Shown: positions 1 through 10,770 of the stretch, piece by piece | Numbering within the stretch: the stretch's first letter is position 1 | Layout of the letters: each line of letters opens with the position of its first letter | Origin: Pseudogymnoascus verrucosus | Taxonomy: Eukaryota | Length of the DNA stretch: 64,000 bases | Assembly: GCA_001662655.1 (NCBI GenBank) | Contig: KV460241.1 | Direction: 5' to 3' (one strand) | Made by a program: the position numbers and the translations under genes | The notes under the pieces: generated by a model | Databases searched by the model: none | Told to the model about the DNA's origin: nothing | What the model saw: the letters and a program-made list of their open reading frames with translations, nothing else

Positions 1-1160
1 CCCGACCAGAGGGACAAAGACAGAATAGCTGGGGCGGAGCGTCTATTGACAAACATTATGCTTGGCGTTTTGAGTCTGTCGTCGCTACCAAGTTGCCTCT
101 GTTCTTGGTTCCGCGAGTGACAGTGAAGCAGCTCAGCATTGTGACAAGCTGTAGCGTACCACCGAAGCCCATCCAGTGGAAGACAGGCAGTTTATCCGGT
201 CGTAGTCCACTGGGAGGATACTGAGAGGATACTGAGAGGACCCTTCCACGCCCTTGTACACCTTCCACAGAGCTGGTGAAACCCTAGGGGTTCTAGGGCT
301 TCTACTCACAAAATCTCATTGGGTGCAGTGGTGCGGGTACCTGGCAAGGAAGAAAAGGGAGAGCTCTCAACCGACATCATGGATTTGATGGTAACGAGTC
401 ATGTTGCCCTTCGCCCTTTCTTTTTTCGGTCCAGAGCAAATGTCAACCAATATCAAGTCAGTTTCCACGTGAGGGCCACCACACCGGAAGCCGTCGGGTT
501 TCCAAAGGGTTTTTGGGGATTCCAGAGAAGATATTTGCATTCTGTTATGCTATAGCAATTGTTAGAATAAACTGCACATATAGAGAGGGCATTGCACTCA
601 GCGAATTGATGTGCGTCTGCCCTACGAGGCGTGAACACAGCCAAGCTTTTCCGCCATCGCCAAGCCTTTTCCCACGATCTCACAAACTGCCGATCTCTCC
701 CCAACCCCTGCCCTAAGCCAGCCAGGGCCACGACGACTTTCCCCCTCGAGTTCCTTGGAAAGTAGGCAGCAAGCTCGTGAAAAGTCGATGGCTGTGTCTA
801 CGGGGCGGATGTTGTACTGTACTTCCCGTCCCACCTTCCCCCGCTCAGGTGCATAACTCCAGTAAAGATACTGCGTTGGGAGTACTTTCCAAGAAAGTAT
901 CAGCCGCCGTTGTTTCAACAGGTTTTCTAGAGGCGGGTCTCGCCCGGATATTCCCCTTTAGTCAGGAACGACTGATACGGGAAGGGCATGAGTTGAGAGC
1001 AACACTATCGATAGACCTAACTCGGATGAGGTGTGCAGAACACGTGTAACGGAAGGGATTCCACGGACATCACGTGCAGTTAAGCGTTTGTGGATGACCC
1101 CCAAGGTGTTGCCAACACTCACAGTAGAATAGGACACAGCACTGACTCATATCCAGCAGG
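1..1160 (+). ncRNA. candidate long structured non-coding RNA (may extend upstream of the window); identity unproven, telomerase RNA is one hypothesis
   Basis: No convincing ORF. Serial helices found by eye: CCAGTGGA 173-180/TCCACTGG 206-213; GAAACCCTAG 278-287/CTAGGGCTTC 293-302; GGAAGCC 486-492/GGTTTCC 497-503; AGGGCA 586-591/TGCCCT 618-623 enclosing GCAC/GTGC; CGACTTT 734-740/AAAGTCG 781-787; GGCGG 804-808/CCGCC 904-908 enclosing GTACTTCC 819-826/GGGAGTAC 878-885; TTCCC 951-955/GGGAA 979-983; CACGTG 1041-1046/1071-1076 enclosing GGAA-GGGA-TTCC (GNRA loop). Most wobble pairs read as G-U on the + strand. Confidence 0.4.
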
Positions 1161-1355
1161 CTTCAGTATCGGATAAACCAGTATTAGACATTAAACATAG
1201 TCCTCGCCATCACGGCCAGACCGTCCATAATCCCCCCATCTATAATAATGCATCTTCGTGTAGCCCGTACAGCCCCCTGTATATAAACCCCCATCCGTCT
1301 CCCGACAGAGCTCTTCATAATCTATACAATACACCCTCTCCGCACTGACCCTCAC

Positions 1356-3178
1356 TTAAGCAGTAGGGGGTACGACGAGCTTACTGTTCGCCTTACGCGT
1401 CATCACCTTCGTGACCGCGTGCCGGATAACCACACCAGCCTTCTCGGTCTCCTTCTTCGTCAGGCCCGTCGTGACGCACACCTTCAGCGCGGGCTGTAGC
1501 TGCCATCCCTGCTCCTTGGCGGTGCTGGATGGGGCGACTGGCATAGCCTTGAGGCGGGTGATAAGTACTCCGTTTGCAAGACACTGTCCGGGTTAGCAAT
1601 CATCCCCTTCCGAGGAAACAATACGAGAACACGAGGAATATGGAAAATGGAAAATAAGAGCTTACCTCGTCCACACACTCCTGCAGCACACGCTCCTGGT
1701 CATTCATGCTCAGCCGCCTCGTATTCACCACATCCGGCTTAAGCACACACAACACCATCGGGTTATCCACCGCGCTCGTAACCGTGATCCAATCACTCCT
1801 CGGATCAAGCTGTGCACGCATAGCCTTAATATTCTCACGACACCCCGCCAAGATCTCCGGCATAGTCTGCAGCATCGACAACGCCTCGCTCGCCGTCGTG
1901 GCCATCATGGCTGGGAGGGCGGCAGAGAAGGTGTAAGCAGCGGCACTGATACGTTGGTGCTCTACGATGTCGGTGGAGCCGGCGCAGAAACCACCACCTG
2001 CGCAGAGGGGACCGGAGAGGGAGCCGACGATCATGTCGACGGAGGAGGAATCGACGTTTTGGGCTTCCGTGACACCGCGGCCGGTGCGGCCGAGGACGCC
2101 GAAGGACCAGGTCTCGTCGAGGATGAGGCGGAATTTGTAGCGGAGGCGGAGTTCAACCTTGGGGCATTGTTAGCATGGAGCTCTGATAGTCAAAGGGGTA
2201 ATATTGATAGACTTACAACTTTAGGCAGGTCAACGCAATCACCGACTGTCTCGAAGAGACCCTCAGTAACGATGAATCGCCTGGTAAGAGGCTTCCTCGC
2301 CTGCTCCTTCACAACCCTCTGTAGCACCCTCTCCAAATCCTCCATATCATTATGCTCATACCACCTGATCGTGCTACGGCAAATCTGCAGCCCCTTCCTG
2401 ATCGCATAGTTGCACGCCTTATCAGCGACAATGATATCGCCTCTCTTGCTGAACGCAGGAATCACACTCGAGATCGTAGAGAACGACTGCGCATACACAA
2501 TACACGCCTCCGTGCCTAGATGCGAGGCAACGTCCGCCTCAGTCTTCATGTGCACATCCTGAGTACCGTAGAATTGAGGGGGTCCGCAGGGTCCCACGCC
2601 GTAGGTGCGGAGCGTCTCAATCGCCTTCTCCTTGATATGTTCGTTGGCCACGAGGTTGTAGTAGTTGTATGACGCGAGGTTGGTGACGGTGCGGCCATTG
2701 GCAAGCTTCGATTTCGGTCCTGACATGCTAACACACAGTATTAGTCCCAGCTACCCAGCATGGCATCGTGGAGGGGTCACATACCCAACAATAACCGGCA
2801 GCTTCTCCTGCACACTCTCCTCAAACGCCGTCAACGGCGCCACCAGCGGCTCAGGGGTCCACTCATCCACCAAATCATCAATCTCCTATTCCCCCCGTCA
2901 GCACTCTTCCCCCTCCCAGAAACAGAGCAAGCACAACATACCTCTTCCGACAGCGTGACGAAATTCTGTCTATGCGTCGAGTAACTCGGCGCCAGCAGGT
3001 ACCTCACAAAGAACACCACGAGAATAAGCTCGATGGCCGAGCGAACCGGATCATTCTGGTAACTGGACCGGACGTAGCGGATCAGCATCGCCGAGCCAGG
3101 CACCTTCTGGAACTGGTCCGCCGCCTCGTTCATGTAGCTGAGCACCAGCTTCTGCGCTTCCTGGAGCTCCATTGTCAT
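1356..3178 (-). CDS. LCB1: serine palmitoyltransferase subunit 1 (alpha-oxoamine synthase family)
   Basis: Five exons 3178-2942, 2885-2785, 2727-2217, 2157-1666, 1583-1356 (522 aa) with GT..AG introns. Motifs [44 protein letters not shown]-terminal TM helix ([16 protein letters not shown]). Confidence 0.95.
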
Positions 3179-3336
3179 GGTGGGTGTTCGTTGTTGGTTT
3201 GGCGTCTGGGCTGTTGGGCGGCAGTAAGTAGCTGTCTCCTGGGAAGATAAATGGGCTTCAGGGTCTCGTGCAAGATGCGCGGGAGGTCGGAACCTCGTTT
3301 ACTGAAACGCCGACTTGCTACAACTTTATGTATGTG

Positions 3337-3344
3337 TCACGTGA
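3337..3344. promoter_or_regulatory. palindromic E-box TCACGTGA (bHLH/Cbf1-type) in the short divergent promoter between LCB1 and the Cys-rich gene
   Basis: GTCACGTGAT about 160 bp upstream of both start codons. Motif match only. Confidence 0.3.
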
Positions 3345-3497
3345 TGAGACGGGATTTGGAGGAGGCTATTGTGATAATAGCCTATCATAATGGTAACGTG
3401 GTTAGAATTAAATCTGCAGTGCTACGAGTGTTCCCCTCTTTTCAAATGCCTTTGAAATAGAAACTTCTCGAGAGTTATATTCGTCAATTGAAACAAT

Positions 3498-3993
3498 ATG
3501 CGTGCCTCACTTATCATCCTCGTGGCTAGCGCCATCACCACCTTGGCATCACCACTCACTGACCGTCAAGCCACCCAAGCCTGCTCAGCATGTCCTGGGG
3601 GACCATGTGACGCTATCGTCCATTGCCCGGTGGACAAATGCTGTGGTGTGAAGAAGGGGGATAATCCTTGTGTACGTCGCCATCCTACTCCTCTGGCAAA
3701 CCCATATATATACAATTTATATAAAAAATGTCTATATAAAAAATATGAATACTTGAACTGATAATATAAATATTTTCTAGGTCGATTGTCCCAAACCCCT
3801 CACCTGCTCAGTATGCCCTGGCTCATACTGCCTTGCTCTGATCGAATGCCCCGTTGGTAGATGCTGTGGTATTAAAAGGGGGGATGCTCCTTGCGTATGT
3901 CATTCCCATTCCTAATCTCGATATATAGTTTATAGAGCACCATCCCTTTCTAACAACCACCAGATTGATTGCCCCCCCGCCACAGCCGCTTAA
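3498..3993 (+). CDS. small secreted cysteine-rich protein (105 aa, 16 Cys in two tandem 8-Cys modules)
   Basis: Exons 3498-3671, 3781-3894, 3964-3993; introns GTACGT..TAG and GTATGT..CAG with CTGAT/CTAAC branch points. Signal peptide MRASLIILVASAITTLA. Repeats CSACPGGPCDAIVHCPVDKCCGVKKGDNPCVDC and CSVCPGSYCLALIECPVGRCCGIKRGDAPCIDC. Confidence 0.88.
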
Positions 3994-4638
3994 TCAGAGT
4001 ACCAACTCTTAAAAACTGCTCCCTTGGGGAATCGCGGATGACTTGAATGACTTATTTGCTGCGACGTTGAGAGAAATACCGCCGCCTACGATGCAAGAGG
4101 CAGCGCCATTTTCATTGGGATTCAAGAAAGGTCTGCCAATGTCCAGGTAGACATAGCCACATTCATTTGCAACATCACCAACCATATCACTCTCACAAGA
4201 CCCAACCCTTGTCACACACCCGTGTTAAAAACTTGTATAGTTCCATGCTTTGTATATTCTCCTACTGTATGTATGCATGCTGCACTAGGCATCCCCACAG
4301 TCCTAATATCTATCTTGGACCACCCCCCTCAAAACCACGTCAAAAACACAATCAATGCGCGATCGATCATTTTACAAAAAAAAAGGCCAACTTGGTTGCT
4401 AGTAAAACGAAAACCTCTACAGGTACATCATCCCATCCCGAACCCCCCACCCCCACCTCCCAAAAAAAACTTCAAAATACATTCATGAACCGCGTAATAA
4501 AACAATCTCTCTCTCCTCCTCCTCCCCCCCTTCCTTCCCCAATTCGGCTCTTTCCAGAGAGATGAGCCCCCTGCTCCCCCACCATCCACCAAAAAACTTC
4601 TATTCACATATACACAGCCGTTCCCCCTCCCCGTAAAT

Positions 4639-7600
4639 CTAAAGCAACTTAACACTCCTCCTGTTGTTGCTGCCTGTTGATTGGGCACCGTTAGAAGCAG
4701 ACCTGGTGTCGCCGGCCAAGACCGAGGCCTCCGATGACAGGATCGCAGTGAGCGTGGGTCCTGTGTCGTTGTACCATGCAGACGTGCGGTTGTTGGGCTG
4801 GAACAGGAGACCGATCATGCTGTTCGCACCAACCGACTCCTTGATACTTGTTACGGCGCCCGCGACCTGACCACCACCAAGTACAGGGGCGATAGCCAAT
4901 GCTAAGAAGACGACGAACAGAGTAAAGTACATGACAGCAAAGCGCCACACACGTCTCTTTCGTAGCTTGGACTGCTTCATGGTGTAGATCGGAGGGCGGA
5001 TTTGACGACTAAGAACGTTAGCATGGTTCAGAACCACTTCACTTTGTGTACGTACCTAGGTCTGAGCCAGAAGAGCATAACGGAATGAACCATGTCGATT
5101 TTGGGGATGAGAATAAGCGGGAGCATGGCGAACAACAGCATGTGTCCCAGGATAAAGTCTCCAGCAAACATTCCCAACTCGGTAATCTTACATAGGAATT
5201 CTCTGGCTGGTTGCGACATCGAGTGCCATCCCATAGAATACCATTTACCAGTCCAAAAGGCGATGTTCGAAGTGTCGTTCTTGAATTCTCTTGTCAGGGC
5301 GAGCGAGATGATGAGCTTGTAAAGGAATCGCTGGATCGCGGCTGCGCAGATTACACCGATAAGTGCTCTTGCGAAGTTGAACCCCTCCAAAAGCATCATG
5401 ACTTCGAAGAAGACAATGATCATGATGACAGCAATGGCGTGGGCAATCGCAGCTAGCACAGAACCGAATTTCTTGCAGCACATGCTCAGAACTGGGCCCA
5501 TACAACAAGCCATGGCGAAGAACATTGCACAGACACCGGCGTTAATTCCAACAGGTGCTAATGCGACCAGAGCAACGCGAATTATCGAATGTGTTGCTTT
5601 TGCGTTTGGATCTATGACACCGGTTTGAGCGTTGATAAAAGTATATGGCAACAAGGTGATGCCGACAAGAATAAGAGGCCCGATAATCTCGCCATAGACA
5701 AGATTGGTGAATGATGCACGTGGAACATCGCCAGACATCTGAGCCGATGGTTCTCCAAGAGCCTTGCGCTTGTAACCTGTAATCCTAGTACGCGACAGGC
5801 GGCAGTAGGCAATCCAAGAAGACGAGTGAGATCTAGAATTGCCTCTGGACAGCCAACGAAGGAAGTCGCGGTAGTCGATGAAGAAGTCGCTCCACGAGAA
5901 CTGATGAGGATTATAGAGGAAAGGTGAAATGCAGAGAGCCAATAGCGAAATCCAGAAGTAGACCAAGGCTGGTTGCCAGATGGTAATCGTCGCAAATAAC
6001 AACATCATCAACAACCTAGATCCAAGATAAATGGAAGGTCCAGCAAAGCGAGAGAATAAGACCCCGAAAGGAATACGAGCAGTTGCAAAGCCACGACCGG
6101 TTCCAATATATCTGGCGCCACCAAAGGACAAATTCTGTGTAACAGAGTTTGCATAGATTTGGCAGACGAACACCTCGAAGAGTGGTGACAGGGAGCCCAT
6201 CATCTTGGCAAAACGTGTGGCAGCGCGCCAGAAGCCACGTTCTGTCGCCTCTTGGACCATGAGCGGAATGAAAGAGATGAAGAGTACGATGAAAATCGAG
6301 ATAACACAACGCCAAACCCAGTCCAAGATGGGCAGGATATCGTTGCAGCCTGTTGGGTTCTTTTCGTCGGTAATCGGCACATCCGGGTCGTAGACGCAAG
6401 CAATAACCTCGTATCTAAGGGCACCCAGGTTGATGAGGCACAACATGAACATCTGGACAGACAACATGATGAAGATATTGTTCAAATGGAATCCGGGATG
6501 GGCGTAGTAGAAAGAAAGGAAACGATCGAGAGGTAGTTGCGTGCCGAGATAGTAATATTCACGAGACAGCATCTGCTCTCCCATACCAGTTCCAATCTTA
6601 GTTGTGAAGTTCAGAATAGATCCAAATCCGAGATCACGACCCTTGCCGCATTGGTAGTACTCGCAGTGCTTGATGCGACCACCACGAAGGAGCGCGTTCA
6701 TACCAGCGTAAATATCTTCGTTGAGATGCAGTCCCTTCTGGGCCTTGGAGACACCTCCACGCGTTGTCATGAAAATACCATTGAGGAAATCGGGATGACC
6801 GTAATGGAGCTTGCCACCGATTTGAGCCAGTGTACGAGCAAAGAGAGTACCGAACGTCTGTTCCTTTCCGGCAGCGACATCACCAAGGATACCAATGTTC
6901 TCAGAGAAAATGTACTCGCGAGCTCCTAGAATAGCCACGGGGTTGGTCTTTGTAGGCTTGGAGCCGGGCGCGTAAGGTGAAACGTTATCAGTGACCATTT
7001 CCTCAAACTCAGCAAGAACGCTGCGAATCTTAAGGCACTCCTCGAGATAGTTGTCCTGGTTGGCGTCGATAAGCTGGAGGTATTCTCCACGGTAGAAAAT
7101 AATAGCGTGGTTTTGATTGTCGGATTTTCCGTCACCAAGGATAGGGTTACCAGAGAGCTGAATGCGGAATTTTGGTCTTCTCATGCCGTTCTCCATGATC
7201 TCAGAGTGGCCATCAATCAACGAAGAGTATAGGCGAGGCTCGTCGCCTTCGGTCAAAGGTGGCTCCTCGTCCAGGTAAGCGATTTGAAGATCCGGGTAGG
7301 CGCGAAGAAGGAATTCAGTGTTCTCCATCTCCTCTTTCTTGAACTTGGCATAACGTTGCATAGAGACGACAATCTTGAACTTTCGGCGAGCCATCCTCTC
7401 GAGCTCGCGCTCTAGCTTGTCGGAGTTACCGCCAAACATTTGAACAACCTCAGGGTTCTCGACACGGTAGAGCAGCTTGATGGCACGGCTGTAATTCATG
7501 AAACCAGAAATAGTGCGGTAGAGAGTTTGCGATCGAAGAGATGCCCAGATACGGGTACGGAGAGTGTATTCCGGCGCAGCAGATTTGAAACCAATGCAGT

Positions 7601-10600
7601 AAAAGGGTAGATCATCAATCTTGCTCTTCGATGCATCCTTGTCATTCTTCTCATCTCCATTGAACTGAGAAGTTTCATCAGCAAGAATCTTGGTATCCTT
7701 AACGAAGCAGTCCCATTCGTGTGGATGAAGTTGCTTGAGGTATTCCAGGAGAGTGACACGGGAGTACGGCTCATCCTCACGAATAATTTCGCGGAGAGTA
7801 AGGAGAATCTTTTCGCTGTAATGAGGAATCAGGACAGTGAACGTTGGCATGTTATCCACAGGTAGCGGCTCAGGAATAGGCGTCGACAGCGACTGCGCGA
7901 AGAAAGAAATTCTGCGCTCGGCCTCACTCTGGCTTGGGAAAAATTCCGTCTGGAACGAATGATCTTCCTGAGAGACGAAGAATGTTGGCGCACGAAGTGT
8001 TCTCTTGCCCTCCTGCTCAGAAGGAACTTGATGATAGAGAAGCTTTTGGACGTGGTCGATGGCGAGGAGATGCTCGCGGTACATGGAGATAACGATAGCG
8101 TTCCAGATTTGAGAGATCAACACCTTGGGCTTATATTTGATCTCCATATCCGTAGTCGCCAAGACCTTCGAGTAGATGCGCTTTGGGAGGCGAGAGAAAA
8201 TATTTCTCCAGGGTGTCCAGATGGAAATACCAAGGTAGAAAGACCTGGCAACGGAGAACAGGGAGTTCATGATAATATACCACAGGAATGTGTCGAGGAA
8301 GAAGAGCAGAATATCGGTGAATACCATCAATCCCAGAAGGAATTTCGGTTGAATATGGCACAGAACTTTGGCAGCTTCTCCTTTCCCTAAAATAGCATCT
8401 CCCAAGCAGTTGCGAATCTTCATTGTCGACAAAATTCGGATGGGGTCACGAATAGAGAGTGTCAGGTACTGGTAAGAGGCCGCGAATTTGGGAACAAATA
8501 CGCAGACCCATAATCCGTACGACATGTAAATGTCGTTGCCAGTAAGTCGGGGGTAACTTGCGGTAAATGTCTGACTGGCGACGTATTTCCTGGTGTTCTT
8601 TGTGAGGTAGCTTCCGAATAGACCACCAAGAGGCATGACCGCGAAGAAGAAAAACGTGATCAGTGCAATGATGAACTGGACAATTGCGAGAATTTTGCCA
8701 ATGTACGTGTCTTGACCACCGAAACCGAACACGTAAACACTCGGCGCAAGGTTGAGGATGAAGACTGCGATCAGGAAGAAGAGACGCTTTGTGAGATGCT
8801 GTGCACCGGCCCATTTACGGGGAACATAGGCCCATTCAGAAACACTGGCGACAATCATAATAAGGGAGATGATGGCACCTCCGAGACCTACGGCAGACCA
8901 TCTCGACGCAGTTGAAGGTTGATTGTTCAGTCGTTGCTGGTAGTTGGAGGTGTACAGAGTCGGAGAGTTGACGGCGGTGAAGAACCAGAAAGCACCAATG
9001 TGGATAACCCAGATGCGGTTGAAGTTGACAATAAGATGGAACCATGAGCGAGACTCCTTGTAGGTCTTGAAGAACACCTTGTTCCAGTTGACCTCCGTGA
9101 GCTTCAAGTAGCGCTCAGCAGGAGGAAAGTCAACCATTCGGCTCTTGTCTTCCATTATGATCCGCTCAATTCCCTCTGGGTACCAAAAGAGCTGGTTACA
9201 GTCATCATATCCGATGACCTGGGCATGGTCCCTTTCGCGGCGAATGTACTTTCCATCCACGATCTCGTATCCCTGGTCTCTGCAGTATTGGTACAGTGGG
9301 GTGATAACGTTGTTGAGGTACGTGAACTCATCCACCGGCTCAACAAGGTTCTGGCACGCAGGCGAGTTCAAGTAGTCGTCGGCGCACTTGAAGATGAAGC
9401 ACAGGCACTCGGGCATGAAGCGGACTTGGTTTGCCTCACCCCAACAGAGGAGGTAGAGAGCCACTTGTCGCACACGATCATGCTGAGACATGCGGTTCAT
9501 CCGCGTCTTCCAGCGGTACTCGGCAGCCTCGAGACTGTTGTCACCCTCCATTTCCTCCAAGGTCTGCGCCTCGTTTTCGGCTTCGGGGTTGGCATTCTTC
9601 TTCTTCGCAGCCTTGCGGGCCTTGCGTGTGCGCCTGTTCGCTTTTCCAAGCTTCATGTTTGCGAAGCCTACCGCATCATCCAGATCCAGGTGAGCAGCGA
9701 AATACCACTTCCTGTAGTTGGCATTTTCTCCTCCAATGTAATCGGCGTGAAGGGAGAGTAAGGCTTGGTTGGGAGTCATGCGGGAAGCGCGAGAGTCCAG
9801 AAGCGTCATGAAATGGTCGTACATGTTTCTCATGCTGTCACGCTGGAAACCAAACTTTGCCGTCAGGTCAAGGAAAATATCCTCGACCTCCTCCTTCGAC
9901 AGAGGAATCTGCGCATCTGCAGTCCAGGCTGGGTATGGCTCGCGAGAGCGTTGCCCAGATGGCAGAACGTTGTTGTAGTCCATGCCATAGTTGGGGGTGG
10001 AGGCACCTGAAGATCGGTTTCCACCGTAAGAAATCTGCGAGGAAGGTGGGCGGTAGCCTTGGCCTCCCATCTGGCTTTCGTTGTAGCTGTTGTAGCGCTC
10101 ATCACCACGGCCGTAGTAGTCCATGTCGGTGGCCCGAGCCATGTCAGATCTCATGGTGAAGTCACTGAATGTCTCGGAGTCCTCCTCGGAATCTCCACGC
10201 ATCTTGCCCTTGGGGTAGTCGCCGCCTTGGCCTTGGGGGTGCTGGCCATTTTGATCGTAATACTGGTCATTGTAGTATCCATCGTTGTACTGGCCATTGT
10301 CATGGCCTCCCTCGTAGTACCCACCATCCTGATGGTGCGGGTTGTTGGTATCGGCATTGTAGTAGCCACTGCAGAATAGTTAGCAAAGTATCTGGCGAAA
10401 GATGTCGAGGTTTAACTTACGCTTCATCGTAATACCCGTCCTGTCCTTGTTGGTGACCTTGACCATGCTGGCCCTGGTGGCCTTGTTGGTCGTTGTAACC
10501 TTGATCGGCGTACCCTCCCGCTCGGTCATCATAGTAACCTTGGTTCTGGTGGTCGTCTTGGTAATAGGAATCAGTGTTTCCTTGGTGGTGAGGATCTTGA

Positions 10601-10644
10601 TGGCCGTAGCCATCGTTATAATGATCCGTCGGATGACCCGACAT
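4639..10644 (-). CDS. FKS1: 1,3-beta-glucan synthase catalytic subunit (GT48)
   Basis: Exons 10644-10421, 10368-5056, 5008-4639 (1968 aa). Motifs [55 protein letters not shown]-rich N-terminus; multiple TM helices. Confidence 0.98.
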
Positions 10645-10671
10645 TTTCGCGTTCAGTAGAGCAGGACAAAA

Positions 10672-10770
10672 CTGTTGGGCGTTGTCAGTATAACAATCCG
10701 ACGACTTCAGAGCGGCGGAGAGGGCAAGTCGTTCGAGGCGGGCCCGAGAAGGATGGGGATTGGAACGTAC
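10672..10770 (-). other. putative 5'-UTR intron of FKS1
   Basis: On the - strand: donor GTACGT (10770), branch TACTGAC (10690-10684), acceptor CAACAG (10672), ending 27 nt before the ATG. Confidence 0.65.

Noticed and set aside
278..302. AAACCCTAG as a telomerase template or telomeric seed
   Set aside because: Does not match a 1.5-repeat TAACCCTAA template and lies within a hairpin; CCCTAA at 711 is also isolated.
883..899. TACTTT-CCAAG-AAAGTA hairpin as telomerase P6.1
   Set aside because: The loop has the conserved U and G only on the - strand, where the helix order does not fit CR4/5.
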